Shown here: positions 8,888 through 18,212 of the stretch, piece by piece | Numbering within the stretch: the first letter of the stretch is position 1 | Layout of the letters: every line of letters starts with the position of its first letter | Virus record (IMG/VR): IMGVR_UViG_3300042465_009257 | Location: 64,001-128,000 of that record | From: a virus | Reading direction: 5' to 3' (one strand) | Length of the DNA stretch: 64,000 bases | Position numbers and translations under genes: made by a program | The notes under the pieces: generated by a model | What the model was told of the DNA's origin: nothing | Database searches by the model: none | Seen by the model: only the letters and a program-made list of their open reading frames with translations

Positions 8888-9154
8888 CTACCAGTTATAA
8901 TAGCTAATAGATGGGGCATGAATGTCTGAGGCTGATTTACCAAGATAATGTTTCTCATCTTTATCAGCACCACAATCCGCAGAAAAATAAAGAAATCCAT
9001 CTTCATCAATTTTTAAATCTCCTCTCTGCCCATAATAGAATGTATCGTCGCCTGGGCTTCTATTGGAAAAATATGCCCTTGCCGAACCTACTTCCGAGAC
9101 TTTTTCGTAAAGTTTTTTTAAAGTCATTATATTGGCTTTATTTCCAATTTTCAA
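8888..9154 (-). CDS. hypothetical protein
   Basis: 88-aa ORF in operon. Confidence 0.55.
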   Translation of the reverse strand: MKIGNKANIMTLKKLYEKVSEVGSARAYFSNRSPGDDTFYYGQRGDLKIDEDGFLYFSADCGADKDEKHYLGKSASDIHAPSISYYNW

Positions 9155-9614
9155 TTTCTTCTTCCTGTGCTGGAGTTAAAGTCGTTTCCAATTCACCAAT
9201 TCTATCATTTACATCAATTTCTGGAAATCCAAAAATCATTTCATGAAATTCTTTCACATGAGGCAGGTTTCGATCTGTTTGGTCTAAAGTAAGACGTAGA
9301 CCTGTTCCCATCATCAGATCGTCAATATCTTTTTCAAAATCATTAATTTCAATATAGTATCGCTCCCCTTCAGCGTCCCAGCTAATTACTTCATTTTCTT
9401 CGCCATAAATTGTTGTAATATTTTCTCGAACAACTTCTGTGCCAGTTCTTAAACTATCAATCATTTCTTGGGGAACATATTGGCTTGCCTCCGCCATTTG
9501 ATCCTTAGTGAGAGAGATACGATATGTACAAGGCTCTGATAAAAGAAATTGTTTAATTGAGTTTGGAAGGTCGCAGCTTCTTCCAATTGTCGGCGATAGC
9601 ATAAGTTTTGTCAT
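9138..9614 (-). CDS. hypothetical acidic protein
   Basis: 158-aa ORF. Confidence 0.6.
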   Translation of the reverse strand: MTKLMLSPTIGRSCDLPNSIKQFLLSEPCTYRISLTKDQMAEASQYVPQEMIDSLRTGTEVVRENITTIYGEENEVISWDAEGERYYIEINDFEKDIDDLMMGTGLRLTLDQTDRNLPHVKEFHEMIFGFPEIDVNDRIGELETTLTPAQEEEIENWK

Positions 9615-9685
9615 AGATTATATTTGATTGAGCTTGATTACCGTAGTCTGATTTTTTCTATTGTCAAATGGGCTTTCAGATTTAT

Positions 9686-10234
9686 TTAGTCGTCTGGATT
9701 GCATTCAGAGCATCCTGGGTCCCCACAATTACTTTCTCCACCTTGGTTTTCGTCCATAAGGAAGCTATCCATCAGTTGGAGGATTACAAAAGGTTCTTCC
9801 GGTAAAGGCATTCCAATCTGATTTTCACTCCAAGCCTCTTCGTCATCATCTTCCCATTCTTCCGGGTCAATGACATTAATTCCTGCTTCAAAACCTGTCT
9901 CTTTAACGAAGTTCTCTAAATCTTCCAAGGTCTCAGGCTGAATATAGAAGCGCCAGCCATTTTTATCCCAGTGCGTAAATGCGACCTCCTTCATTTCCAT
10001 ATCGCCGTCTTTCGTAAGCGAAACCATCTTCTGCATATCTTTTACTACCTCACGGGAGTTTTTCAGATCTTCTTTTGTCAAAATTTCAGAAGGTGCTGAG
10101 TGGCGATAAGTAGCTCTTTCTTTAAATGCTAATTCTTTTACATGGTCAAGCTGTTGCGAGGAATTAAAAATTTGGGATGTGATAAACCATTTTTTTGTTA
10201 CGGTTTTTTTAGGTTTCTGGATTTTTGCGGGCAT
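9686..10234 (-). CDS. hypothetical protein with acidic C-terminus ending in CGDPGCSEC
   Basis: 182-aa ORF preceded by a sigma70-type promoter. Confidence 0.65.
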   Translation of the reverse strand: MPAKIQKPKKTVTKKWFITSQIFNSSQQLDHVKELAFKERATYRHSAPSEILTKEDLKNSREVVKDMQKMVSLTKDGDMEMKEVAFTHWDKNGWRFYIQPETLEDLENFVKETGFEAGINVIDPEEWEDDDEEAWSENQIGMPLPEEPFVILQLMDSFLMDENQGGESNCGDPGCSECNPDD

Positions 10235-10253
10235 ATTAAAGTTTGACTAATTT

Positions 10254-10282
10254 AGTATATAGAGTTTTTAAGGATTGGTCAA
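10254..10282 (-). promoter_or_regulatory. sigma70-type promoter TTGACC-N17-TATACT
   Basis: Read directly. Confidence 0.78.
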
Positions 10283-10290
10283 TTTTAAGA

Positions 10291-11811
10291 TTATTTTGAA
10301 TATTTCGAGTAAGTTGCTTTATTGCGATCTGAAGAGCTTTGACGAGGAGTGAGTTGACCTGCTGATCCCAACGCCGCAACAACGTCCTTATAAGTTCCTG
10401 CCTCTGTAACTCGAAAATTAGAAAAATTTAGATTAATATGATTCTCTACCCAAACTGTTTGGTTTCCTTCTAATACTTCAAAAGGGCCAGACTCATCAGC
10501 GAATTCTCCAAGATTTCGTACAACAATCATACTCAGTTTGTGACTCCCAAATTTATTACTTTCTGTTCCAATCTCTTCTGGACTTTTACGGGTTAAGCTA
10601 AAAATTCCAGTGCTGTACCACTTTACCCGGTCAGCCTGTGCGATTTCTGAAGATCTATTTGTCTGGATGGCTGTAATGGAAATTGTTCTTGGCAGCTTTT
10701 CCGCTAATTGTTTCATAAGATCTGTTTTCATGCCGATTAGCTCATACTCTTTTAATGCTTGGCCTCCATTTCCAGCAGTTCGATCTTCATTTCCGGCAAA
10801 CTTTAGATAATCTAAAACGCATACAAAAATATCATCTGGTCCAACAAATTTAGAATGGAATCTTTTTGCTACACTTTCGATCTTATGAATATCCGCTGTT
10901 GGTAAATAATGATGGTAGATTGTTCCAGCCTTATCTCTAAACGATTGGAGCGAGTCTTGAGTTTTTTCTAAGCGATCTTTATCTTCCGCGAATTTGCCAT
11001 TGAGATAATAAAATGCATTTACTCCACTTTTCGCTGCCATTTTTCGGCAAGCTACCTCTCTTTTTGTCATTTCGGTATCAATAAAAAGAACCCGAATTTT
11101 CCCCTTCTCCCTCTTCGCTCCAAGTTCAACAAAATGATCTGTCAAAGCTGATAAAAAAGAACTCTTGCCTACCTTGGATGAAGCGGCAAAAACATACAGA
11201 CCTCCAATCATAAACTGCCCGTACCAACGATTAAAAATTGGGAAAGGCGACGGGAGTCCAAGCTCTCCTTTATTTCCTAATCCTTCGTTTAGCAAAGCCT
11301 CCATATCCCCATTGATATCGGTAAAGCTTTGGTCTTCTCCTAATACAGATTCAATTGTAACAGCATCAGTAACGATCTTCTCTGTCCCCGATAGAATATC
11401 TCGAAAATTAATCTCAGGATTTTCTAAACTTGTCTCAATAAATTTCTGCGCCTGAATAAGTTTCTTATATGTCTGCCGAGACCAATGGAATTTAGTTAAT
11501 TCGTCTAGGTATGCAATTTTGGCGTCTAAATTAATAGACATATGCGAAATTGAAGTAACGTAGTCGGCAACATCAAGGCCCTCTACGGAACTAAGTCCCA
11601 TCAAATTCAATCTAGAAATTAATAAATGCTCATCTAGTGTTTTTGTTTCAGCATAAAGAGTTTTAATTGCCGAAAATATCTTCTGATTAGGAGGAAAAGA
11701 GAAGAAGTCTGGCTTTAGATGTTCTCCAACTTCTCCAAGCCATCCAGGATCTTTGAAAAAACATGAAATCAAACAACGCTCAACTTCTCCGGTAATAATT
11801 CGTTTTGACAT
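10291..11811 (-). CDS. dnaB: replicative DnaB-like helicase
   Basis: DnaB N-terminal domain (ERCLI...F...NQKIF), Walker A ASSKVGKS, IDTEM, LDYL, IQTNR. Confidence 0.88.
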   Translation of the reverse strand: MSKRIITGEVERCLISCFFKDPGWLGEVGEHLKPDFFSFPPNQKIFSAIKTLYAETKTLDEHLLISRLNLMGLSSVEGLDVADYVTSISHMSINLDAKIAYLDELTKFHWSRQTYKKLIQAQKFIETSLENPEINFRDILSGTEKIVTDAVTIESVLGEDQSFTDINGDMEALLNEGLGNKGELGLPSPFPIFNRWYGQFMIGGLYVFAASSKVGKSSFLSALTDHFVELGAKREKGKIRVLFIDTEMTKREVACRKMAAKSGVNAFYYLNGKFAEDKDRLEKTQDSLQSFRDKAGTIYHHYLPTADIHKIESVAKRFHSKFVGPDDIFVCVLDYLKFAGNEDRTAGNGGQALKEYELIGMKTDLMKQLAEKLPRTISITAIQTNRSSEIAQADRVKWYSTGIFSLTRKSPEEIGTESNKFGSHKLSMIVVRNLGEFADESGPFEVLEGNQTVWVENHINLNFSNFRVTEAGTYKDVVAALGSAGQLTPRQSSSDRNKATYSKYSK

Positions 11812-11857
11812 CAATAATTAATTTTACAATAAAGGTTTTCTATGAAAACTAAAATTT

Positions 11858-12472
11858 TCATTTTCTCAAATTCAAAAAGTCCGCTAAGCTACTAGGAGCC
11901 TTCTTCTTGGCTACATACACTACCTCTGGAGCGTTTGCAAGCTCTAAAACCTCCTCTACCCCACCAGCTTCCTCTAAATCGATTTTAGGGGCCTCTATGA
12001 GCCTGACTGGTGCAAACTTCCTAAAGAATTCATCGCACCAAGATGCGATCATTCCACCCGTAAAAAAATATCTAAACGTCGGCGGCTGAATTCTTTCAGG
12101 AATCTTCATATTTCTTACGGTCTCCTTTCCGTACCTCTCAATCAATTGTCCACATTTTTGGTGCTCAATGGCATAATTACTTACTTGACCATCTAAAACA
12201 TGAAGCATGATCTCTTTAGTCTCTGGGTCCCATTTAGGCAATTTCTTTTCCTTCACTGGACCCTTCTTTAACTTAATTCCAGCTTCACGTAGAAATAACC
12301 GTAATTCAGTCAGCAAGACTGCACCTAAGCCATCTAGAGCCTTAATGTCTTGGAGAGTAAAATTTGAAAAATCCGCCGAAGTGTTGATTTGGGCGGATTG
12401 GAGAAGATTAATCGTGCGTTTTGATATAGGGAAATTCCCTATAGGAATAGGCTGTTTTTTGGGTCGGGGCAT
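11858..12472 (-). CDS. protein with N-terminal RNA polymerase alpha-CTD-like domain
   Basis: IGNFPISKRTINLLQSAQINTSADFSNFTLQDIKALDGLGAVLLTELRLFLREAGI follows the alpha-CTD pattern LSxRxxNxLxxxxIxTxxDL...L.....LG...LxEI...L. Confidence 0.7.
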   Translation of the reverse strand: MPRPKKQPIPIGNFPISKRTINLLQSAQINTSADFSNFTLQDIKALDGLGAVLLTELRLFLREAGIKLKKGPVKEKKLPKWDPETKEIMLHVLDGQVSNYAIEHQKCGQLIERYGKETVRNMKIPERIQPPTFRYFFTGGMIASWCDEFFRKFAPVRLIEAPKIDLEEAGGVEEVLELANAPEVVYVAKKKAPSSLADFLNLRK

Positions 12473-12508
12473 ATTTATTCCATTTAGATTAGGATTTACT
12501 TTGCCATC

Positions 12509-12649
12509 TTACATCTCGACAAGAGGCTCAATTTGTCGCATCACTGCTAGCATTTCATCAAAATCCAACGCTACTACAATTGGCCCAACCTTGATGTTGT
12601 GCTTTTCTTTTCTGCGGCGCAATTCACGTTCTAGATCTTCAGTTTCCAT
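12509..12649 (-). CDS. small hypothetical protein (46 aa)
   Basis: METEDLERELRRRKEKHNIKVGPIVVALDFDEMLAVMRQIEPLVEM; ATG 5 nt after a TATACT -10 element. Confidence 0.6.
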   Translation of the reverse strand: METEDLERELRRRKEKHNIKVGPIVVALDFDEMLAVMRQIEPLVEM

Positions 12650-12654
12650 TTTAA

Positions 12655-12683
12655 AGTATATAACCGTTTTGGGTGATTGTCAA
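12655..12683 (-). promoter_or_regulatory. sigma70-type promoter TTGACA-N17-TATACT
   Basis: Read directly. Confidence 0.8.
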
Positions 12684-13138
12684 CTATTTTTTCGCGGAAG
12701 TATATTTGGATAAGTTTTTTCAAACCACTTAATCGTAAGTTCTGGATCATCCTCAAAAAAACGAATTATAGGAAACTTTGAATTCTTAGCGGCGAATAGT
12801 TCTTTTAAACCGTCCCTCGTTAATTGATCTTCAAATTTTTCCATAGTTCCATGGAAATGTTTCGAAAAAATAGAATGCTGATTCCCATCCACTTCGATAA
12901 AAACTTTCTGCTTCTCCTCTTTTTTATCCTCAAAAACACAAAGGAAATCCCATCTAAGCCGATTGATATCTTTTCCACAGAGCGGCACCTCCTCATACCA
13001 TTCTAAATGCGAATAGTGATCACAGAAAAATTTCTTAATCCGGGTTTGAAACTTCGATAAGCTTGCGGCTTTCCATTTGATCTTGTATGGAGCTAGACCA
13101 AGCGGAATTTCATTGCCGCCGAGGGTAGTGAAGATCAT
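12680..13138 (-). CDS. Vsr/DUF559-like PD-(D/E)xK endonuclease, paralog A
   Basis: EE...LRWDF...IEVDGNQH...F......RD..K. Confidence 0.72.
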   Translation of the reverse strand: MIFTTLGGNEIPLGLAPYKIKWKAASLSKFQTRIKKFFCDHYSHLEWYEEVPLCGKDINRLRWDFLCVFEDKKEEKQKVFIEVDGNQHSIFSKHFHGTMEKFEDQLTRDGLKELFAAKNSKFPIIRFFEDDPELTIKWFEKTYPNILPRKNS

Positions 13139-13551
13139 AAGTCTACTCCTAATTCTGCAAATGTTTCCTTGCTTAAGTTTTTTAAATGTAAATCAGTTAA
13201 TTCAACATAATGAAATCCATTTTGTTCTGCCCAAACTCTCTTTTGCTCATCTCTTTTAATAGTTCCAAGAAATCCAATTCGCGACCCATGCATAAAAGGA
13301 TTGAACTTTTTATGAGTTGAGTTTGGCGAGACTTCCAAAAAAACCTTGGTTGTCAAATTAATCAAGTCTACCCGCAATCTACTCCCTGGAATAATAAATT
13401 CTTCAAGAATAGTAGACGTTTCCCAATATTGCCGTAAAAATAATTTAGTAGCTAATTGGGGCTTTGAAACTTTTCGATCCCAGTCTACTAAATATTTTGA
13501 GACTGAAATATTAACAATCTTTTCTGGATTGTTTAGCTTGGAGAATTTCAC
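13135..13551 (-). CDS. Vsr/DUF559-like PD-(D/E)xK endonuclease, paralog B
   Basis: EE...LRVDL...LEVSPNSTH...RDEQK..W...NG. Confidence 0.68.
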   Translation of the reverse strand: MKFSKLNNPEKIVNISVSKYLVDWDRKVSKPQLATKLFLRQYWETSTILEEFIIPGSRLRVDLINLTTKVFLEVSPNSTHKKFNPFMHGSRIGFLGTIKRDEQKRVWAEQNGFHYVELTDLHLKNLSKETFAELGVDL

Positions 13552-13554
13552 GGG

Positions 13555-14691
13555 TCAACCCTGTTCAACTCTTATAATAAACTCCTTGGAGAGAAAATCA
13601 ACGATTGCTGGATTATCATCCAGCCATTTGCCAACTGCTCCGATTCCCCGGAACTTTTCTTCTGGCTCAAATCCTCCACGAGCTAAATCCTTAATTAAAT
13701 TTGGATGCGGATAATACATCTGACCCTTACCTTCTGGTCGAGAAACAAGCTGCCACATTTCAAGCAAATCAAGAACCTCTTTTTCACGCCAAACAGATTT
13801 TCCATCAGTCTGTCCATAACGAATTGGATATCGAATTTCTCTCAAATAACTTTCGTTGTCAGATTTGACAATTTTGCATTTTGCGTAATGACCGATTGGC
13901 TTTGATTTTTTTTCGTCTCCTTCGCGAATGATATCCGTTTCCCAGCGAGGCTGAAAGTCTAAAACCCATCCAGCCGCGTGTTCTACAGCGTGTCCTCCAC
14001 TCGCAGATCCCTGCTTGGGATTACTTTTTTCGTAAGTATTGATCTTAATTGTATCTCGTACTTGGGAGATTAAAACCGTATAATGTCCACGCTTTGAAAG
14101 AGCAATTGATACGGTTTTAAAGAAAACTGATGTCAATAAAGCTCCTCCTGCAACTTGTCCAGCAACACCGAATGGTTTCAAAGCATCCTCTTTTTTAATC
14201 ATCATGTCAAGACTATCCATGATAAAGAAATATTTACACTTGGACTTATTGAACTGAAGCAGATCACGGATCATTTGGAAAACGAACTCAAAAATATTGC
14301 TGTCAACAATAAAACAGGTTCCGTTCTCCCACTCTTCTTCATTTTCTACGAATTTAATACCAGAGCGTTTTTGGGAATTTGGAGAAAGCTTTCCCTCGCA
14401 ACGGAAGTAAATCCCACGACGCTCAAATTTATCGCCATTGCCCTGAAGAAAATGAAACATATAATCTAGTGCCGCACTAGTTTTTCCTCCCGAAGGCGCT
14501 CCAATGAATCGATGCGCTCCTGGTTCTAATCCACCATCCATCTGTGAATTCATTAACATACTAGAAGACGGAACTTTATAGTAGATAGTATCTTCAAAGT
14601 TGTAATGATCTTCTTTATTTGCTTTCAGGATATTTGATAATACCCGAATTGATTCATTACCTTCTTCTTCTTTTTCCTTCTTAATTGCCAT
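13555..14691 (-). CDS. recA: RecA/UvsX-like recombinase
   Basis: Walker A GAPSGGKTS, IMDSL, ISQVR, SGGHAVEH, KIVKS. Confidence 0.88.
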   Translation of the reverse strand: MAIKKEKEEEGNESIRVLSNILKANKEDHYNFEDTIYYKVPSSSMLMNSQMDGGLEPGAHRFIGAPSGGKTSAALDYMFHFLQGNGDKFERRGIYFRCEGKLSPNSQKRSGIKFVENEEEWENGTCFIVDSNIFEFVFQMIRDLLQFNKSKCKYFFIMDSLDMMIKKEDALKPFGVAGQVAGGALLTSVFFKTVSIALSKRGHYTVLISQVRDTIKINTYEKSNPKQGSASGGHAVEHAAGWVLDFQPRWETDIIREGDEKKSKPIGHYAKCKIVKSDNESYLREIRYPIRYGQTDGKSVWREKEVLDLLEMWQLVSRPEGKGQMYYPHPNLIKDLARGGFEPEEKFRGIGAVGKWLDDNPAIVDFLSKEFIIRVEQG

Positions 14692-14702
14692 AATAATTAT
14701 TT

Positions 14703-14918
14703 TTAATTCCCAAATGGGCTAGTCGGCCTTTCTGCGGCATAACTCTTACATCCCTCACAAATTTTTGGGACGACTGGATTAATATTCTTTTTCCAACAAA
14801 AGTAGCCAGATGTCTGGCCCTTGAAACACCCGCCGCAACCGATTTGTGCAACGGAAACCACATTATGAGGCTCGTCGCTTCGGTAGCAGCAGGTGTCGAA
14901 TTTTTCTTGACCGGTCAA
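14703..14918 (-). CDS. small Cys-rich protein
   Basis: CC, CGGC, C and CEGC in 71 aa. Confidence 0.55.
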   Translation of the reverse strand: MTGQEKFDTCCYRSDEPHNVVSVAQIGCGGCFKGQTSGYFCWKKNINPVVPKICEGCKSYAAERPTSPFGN

Positions 14919-14969
14919 AACTTTTTAAGAAAAAGTGTAGTCAAAAATGGATAAATCAACAAAGCGGAT

Positions 14970-15149
14970 TTACTGAATAAAAGAACTGATCTTTTTCAGG
15001 ATAATCTCGCCGCTATTGACATCTCGAAATTTAACGGTTTGATCAGTAACTTTGAGGATCTTCGCGCAATAGCATTCTGTCTTATTCCCGTTACGGAAAG
15101 AGAGAGATGTGAAGCGCCCATTGTGGTTATTCAGTGTGTTTTTATTCAT
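14970..15149 (-). CDS. small hypothetical protein (59 aa)
   Basis: Manual translation MNKNTLNNHNGRFTSLSFRNGNKTECYCAKILKVTDQTVKFRDVNSGEIILKKISSFIQ fills the gap. Confidence 0.55.
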   Translation of the reverse strand: MNKNTLNNHNGRFTSLSFRNGNKTECYCAKILKVTDQTVKFRDVNSGEIILKKISSFIQ

Positions 15150-15171
15150 AAAAATTCCGGAAGCCCGGTAG

Positions 15172-15360
15172 CTATTGGGGGTCCATAGGGGACCTTAGCC
15201 CATTATTAAGAAATGGTACGATTACGGATTTAAATTCTGCATGAATAATCCTTTTCAGTGCCTTAAAATCTTCCTCGTCACGCCAAGCCATTTTGGAGTA
15301 ACTTACGGCACATTGCATTGCAAAATCCGAACCAAGCTCTTCTAATTCTTTTTCGTCCAT
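15172..15360 (-). CDS. hypothetical protein
   Basis: 62 aa; ATG 8 nt after TATAAT. Confidence 0.6.
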   Translation of the reverse strand: MDEKELEELGSDFAMQCAVSYSKMAWRDEEDFKALKRIIHAEFKSVIVPFLNNGLRSPMDPQ

Positions 15361-15368
15361 CTGTGTAT

Positions 15369-15397
15369 ATTATATAGGAAATTTAAAATTTGGTCAA
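15369..15397 (-). promoter_or_regulatory. sigma70-type promoter TTGACC-N17-TATAAT
   Basis: Read directly. Confidence 0.8.
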
Positions 15398-15401
15398 TCT
15401 A

Positions 15402-16268
15402 CTAAATTGAAGATTTGCATGTCATCGGCTCTAAACTTTTCTCATTTTGAATTTTTTGCCGATATTGCCCCCACCCGCAAAAGTTGCCTGACCATAAACG
15501 TCCCAGCTTGTCTTTATGGGTGAAAAAGATACTTGATTGGTCATAAAGTGGAGTTGCTTGATGTTCCATGGGTGAAAAATGAGCAGGTTCGCTATCGACC
15601 AATTTGTCGTAGATTCGGCAAGCCTTCTCTAAGCTTTCATCGGCTTTTCGGTATGATGTTTGAGCGCAAAGAGAAGCGGATAGTTTCAGTTTACTATCTA
15701 TGTCAAACTCTAGTCCATCATCTTCTACGTAAGGAAGATGCCATTCACCAGATTTTAATAGTTTAGGAGTACTTCCATCATGAGCCTTTTTCATATTAGC
15801 CGCCAATTGATGAATCGTAGGATCAGCATCTTTGTGATCTCGAAGCTTATACCAATTTTCAAAATTTGTCCCCGTCACTAAAACTTTGATAAAAGAAGAA
15901 GATTCAGTTAAACGATTAGCTATTTGCTTATGCGCTCCAATTTTTGAAAGGGCAAAAGAAAAAATACAATTGAATTTTGAGGATAAATCCCAAATCTTTT
16001 TTGCGGTAAATAGCCTCCAGCCTGTCAAATCTTCCTTTGCTGACATTCCTGCTTGGTTTTTTCCCCAGCTTACAGGTGCGGCAGGATTGTTCCATACAGC
16101 TTTAATCATCGTCAGAATTGGAATAGCTCTGGAACTCGCGGATGATTTTGATAGAATTTTATGTGTCAACAATTCTGAGTGAATGATCCGTGGATATTCT
16201 AGCTCAAATGTAATAATTTCTTGACCCCATTCAGTGATAGAATGTTTGATAATTTTGGCGGATGTCAT
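15402..16268 (-). CDS. thyX: FAD-dependent thymidylate synthase
   Basis: ELEYPRIIHSELLTHKILSKSSASSRAIP, HKQIANRL, LRDH.DA.P.I, HFSPMEHQA. Confidence 0.85.
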   Translation of the reverse strand: MTSAKIIKHSITEWGQEIITFELEYPRIIHSELLTHKILSKSSASSRAIPILTMIKAVWNNPAAPVSWGKNQAGMSAKEDLTGWRLFTAKKIWDLSSKFNCIFSFALSKIGAHKQIANRLTESSSFIKVLVTGTNFENWYKLRDHKDADPTIHQLAANMKKAHDGSTPKLLKSGEWHLPYVEDDGLEFDIDSKLKLSASLCAQTSYRKADESLEKACRIYDKLVDSEPAHFSPMEHQATPLYDQSSIFFTHKDKLGRLWSGNFCGWGQYRQKIQNEKSLEPMTCKSSI

Positions 16269-16652
16269 TTAGCTTGCTGCCTCCTCATTTAAATATTTGA
16301 AATCTTCAATTTTGTCTTGGCGAATTTGTGCCGCTGAATCAGAATATCCATCTGCATACCGCAACATTAGCTTTGCCTTATTCCCGTCAAGAATAGAAGA
16401 TCTTAAAAGACCTAGAATCTGTCGAATTCCTTCTGCGCCAAATTCAAGGTCTCCCATTTCTTCATGAATATTTTCAACATCTAGTTTTTTATTATAGACA
16501 ACGTGTTTTTTAACAGCGTCTAGAATTTCTGCCGCTTCACCCACTAGTAAAGTCGCCATGTGCCATAGGTCAACTTTTTCAGGAGTCAGCGTTTCTAGAA
16601 TTTGTTCGCCAGGTTTTTTCAGTGTTTTTACTAGTTCTTCGTGAGTCATCAT
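16269..16652 (-). CDS. MazG-like nucleotide pyrophosphohydrolase
   Basis: GEAAEILDAVKK...EEMGD...N.AKL..RY.DGYS. Confidence 0.85.
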   Translation of the reverse strand: MMTHEELVKTLKKPGEQILETLTPEKVDLWHMATLLVGEAAEILDAVKKHVVYNKKLDVENIHEEMGDLEFGAEGIRQILGLLRSSILDGNKAKLMLRYADGYSDSAAQIRQDKIEDFKYLNEEAAS

Positions 16653-16679
16653 AAATTTTAAAAAATTAATATATTGTGC

Positions 16680-16844
16680 TTATTCGCCAGTTTGTTTTTC
16701 TTTATTTGGAATCCTCTCGCATTTACATTGCCACGCCGTGAAAGAGCCATAGTAAAATCCTTGGTAAGTAACTGGTTTCATTTCAGCTTTACAATAAGGA
16801 CAGATCGGCATTTTTATACGATTTAACTTTATAGTAGATTTCAC
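16680..16844 (-). CDS. small zinc-ribbon-like protein (start uncertain)
   Basis: Manual translation ...MPICPYCKAEMKPVTYQGFYYGSFTAWQCKCERIPNKEKQTGE. Confidence 0.5.
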   Translation of the reverse strand: MKSTIKLNRIKMPICPYCKAEMKPVTYQGFYYGSFTAWQCKCERIPNKEKQTGE

Positions 16845-17071
16845 GAAATTCTTTTATATCCAGAAATGTTTTCAGGTATTTGATCGACCAAAGATTTACT
16901 TTGACCGCCCATTGCCCATTCATGCTTTATGAACACTCCATCTGTATTAACATAAAAATCAATTGCATTTGTAAACATCGCGCCCAACCCCTGCCGAAAC
17001 TCGGCTATTAACTTTGCCGAACAAAGTGATAATGTTGCCGTTTTTACATTTGTTTCTATAGCATGTTCCAT
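16841..17071 (-). CDS. hypothetical protein
   Basis: 76-aa ORF in operon. Confidence 0.55.
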   Translation of the reverse strand: MEHAIETNVKTATLSLCSAKLIAEFRQGLGAMFTNAIDFYVNTDGVFIKHEWAMGGQSKSLVDQIPENISGYKRIS

Positions 17072-17075
17072 ATTA

Positions 17076-17318
17076 TTATTTACTTAAGGTGTTGGCAACA
17101 AGCCATTCTTTAAATTTCGCTTTATCCTCCGCAGAATCGTCCCAATCATCTCTAAGAGATTTAATAGGCTCAATACTAGTAACTCTAGTGGAATAGTTTT
17201 CTGTCTTAGCCTTACGGACAACAACTAATGAACGGTAGTCTTCGCGGCTTTGAATTTCAGATGGGCAAAGTTTCCGTTTTGGCTTTTCCAGTGGTTTCGT
17301 TAGTTCTTTATGAGTCAT
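17076..17318 (-). CDS. hypothetical protein
   Basis: 80-aa ORF in operon. Confidence 0.55.
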   Translation of the reverse strand: MTHKELTKPLEKPKRKLCPSEIQSREDYRSLVVVRKAKTENYSTRVTSIEPIKSLRDDWDDSAEDKAKFKEWLVANTLSK

Positions 17319-17358
17319 ATTACACTACTACTACAGATTCAGAATAAGTCAACAAATT

Positions 17359-17817
17359 TCAGAAAAAATTTAAATTCAATGGCCAGTAGTCAACGATTTC
17401 TTGCAAGCGGTCAAGAGGAAAATCATTGGTCATAATAGTTTGCGCTGGAATATTAACAGATGGTTGAATAGTTATAATTCCATTGTCATTAACATTAATT
17501 AAATTTTCATACATGTAATCCCATACTGTTTGGAGCACCATGAAATCATCTTCATTTTCAATTTGATCCCAATCGTCTTGGCACTCCCATGTTTCAAAAT
17601 CTTGTAAATTATCAAGATTGTCAAAATATGCAACTAAACTACATTCTTGGCCAATGCTATATTTATCAAGCCATCTATATGCGGCCCATATTTTATAGCT
17701 AGAATCGGGTTCTGTTTTTTCTTCAATCCGAACTGTTACAACAGCTTCTACTTTTTTAGATTTCGGAGACTGCTTATAAAACAAATAATGAATATTATCA
17801 GATGTAGAATTTTCCAT
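17359..17817 (-). CDS. hypothetical acidic protein
   Basis: 152-aa ORF. Confidence 0.6.
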   Translation of the reverse strand: MENSTSDNIHYLFYKQSPKSKKVEAVVTVRIEEKTEPDSSYKIWAAYRWLDKYSIGQECSLVAYFDNLDNLQDFETWECQDDWDQIENEDDFMVLQTVWDYMYENLINVNDNGIITIQPSVNIPAQTIMTNDFPLDRLQEIVDYWPLNLNFF

Positions 17818-17826
17818 ATCACGCCT

Positions 17827-17973
17827 TTAATTGTATTTAGAGTCTACTTTTTTCCTAACTTCTTCCAACTTTTTAATCTCCTCAATTTCTGCTTGAATCT
17901 TTATTTTTTCCTTTTCAATATCAGTAATTATAGGAAAGATATATTTTGCCAATGATTTTAATTTTTTCTTCAT
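17827..17973 (-). CDS. small coiled-coil protein (48 aa)
   Basis: MKKKLKSLAKYIFPIITDIEKEKIKIQAEIEEIKKLEEVRKKVDSKYN; ATGA overlap with the upstream gene. Confidence 0.5.
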   Translation of the reverse strand: MKKKLKSLAKYIFPIITDIEKEKIKIQAEIEEIKKLEEVRKKVDSKYN

Positions 17974-18212
17974 CCTTCACCAGGCACCGAGACTTCCCAT
18001 CCTAGTCGGGAAATAATTTTATCCATTGACTCTTTAGTCCGAAAAGTATTAACTTGGCAAGTTTCATTACGACCTTCAAATGTCGAGGCGCTAATCTGTT
18101 TAATTTCTGAATCAGGAATTACCAACATAGAATCATCTATGAGGCGTAGCAGCATGGCGCGGATTTTTACAGCAGGCTTTTTTTTACTTAGGGCTTTATT
18201 TTTTACAATCAT
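17970..18212 (-). CDS. hypothetical protein (start revised to ATG 18212)
   Basis: The longer track ORF overlaps the tRNA. Confidence 0.55.
   Translation of the reverse strand: MIVKNKALSKKKPAVKIRAMLLRLIDDSMLVIPDSEIKQISASTFEGRNETCQVNTFRTKESMDKIISRLGWEVSVPGEG

Noticed and set aside
9636-9667. Sigma70 promoter with a perfect TTGACA upstream of 9614
   Set aside because: No convincing -10 hexamer at 17-18 nt spacing, so it was left uncalled
11824-11847. Class II promoter upstream of the helicase (TTTCA...TGTAA)
   Set aside because: The spacer is 14 nt rather than 16-17, so it was not counted
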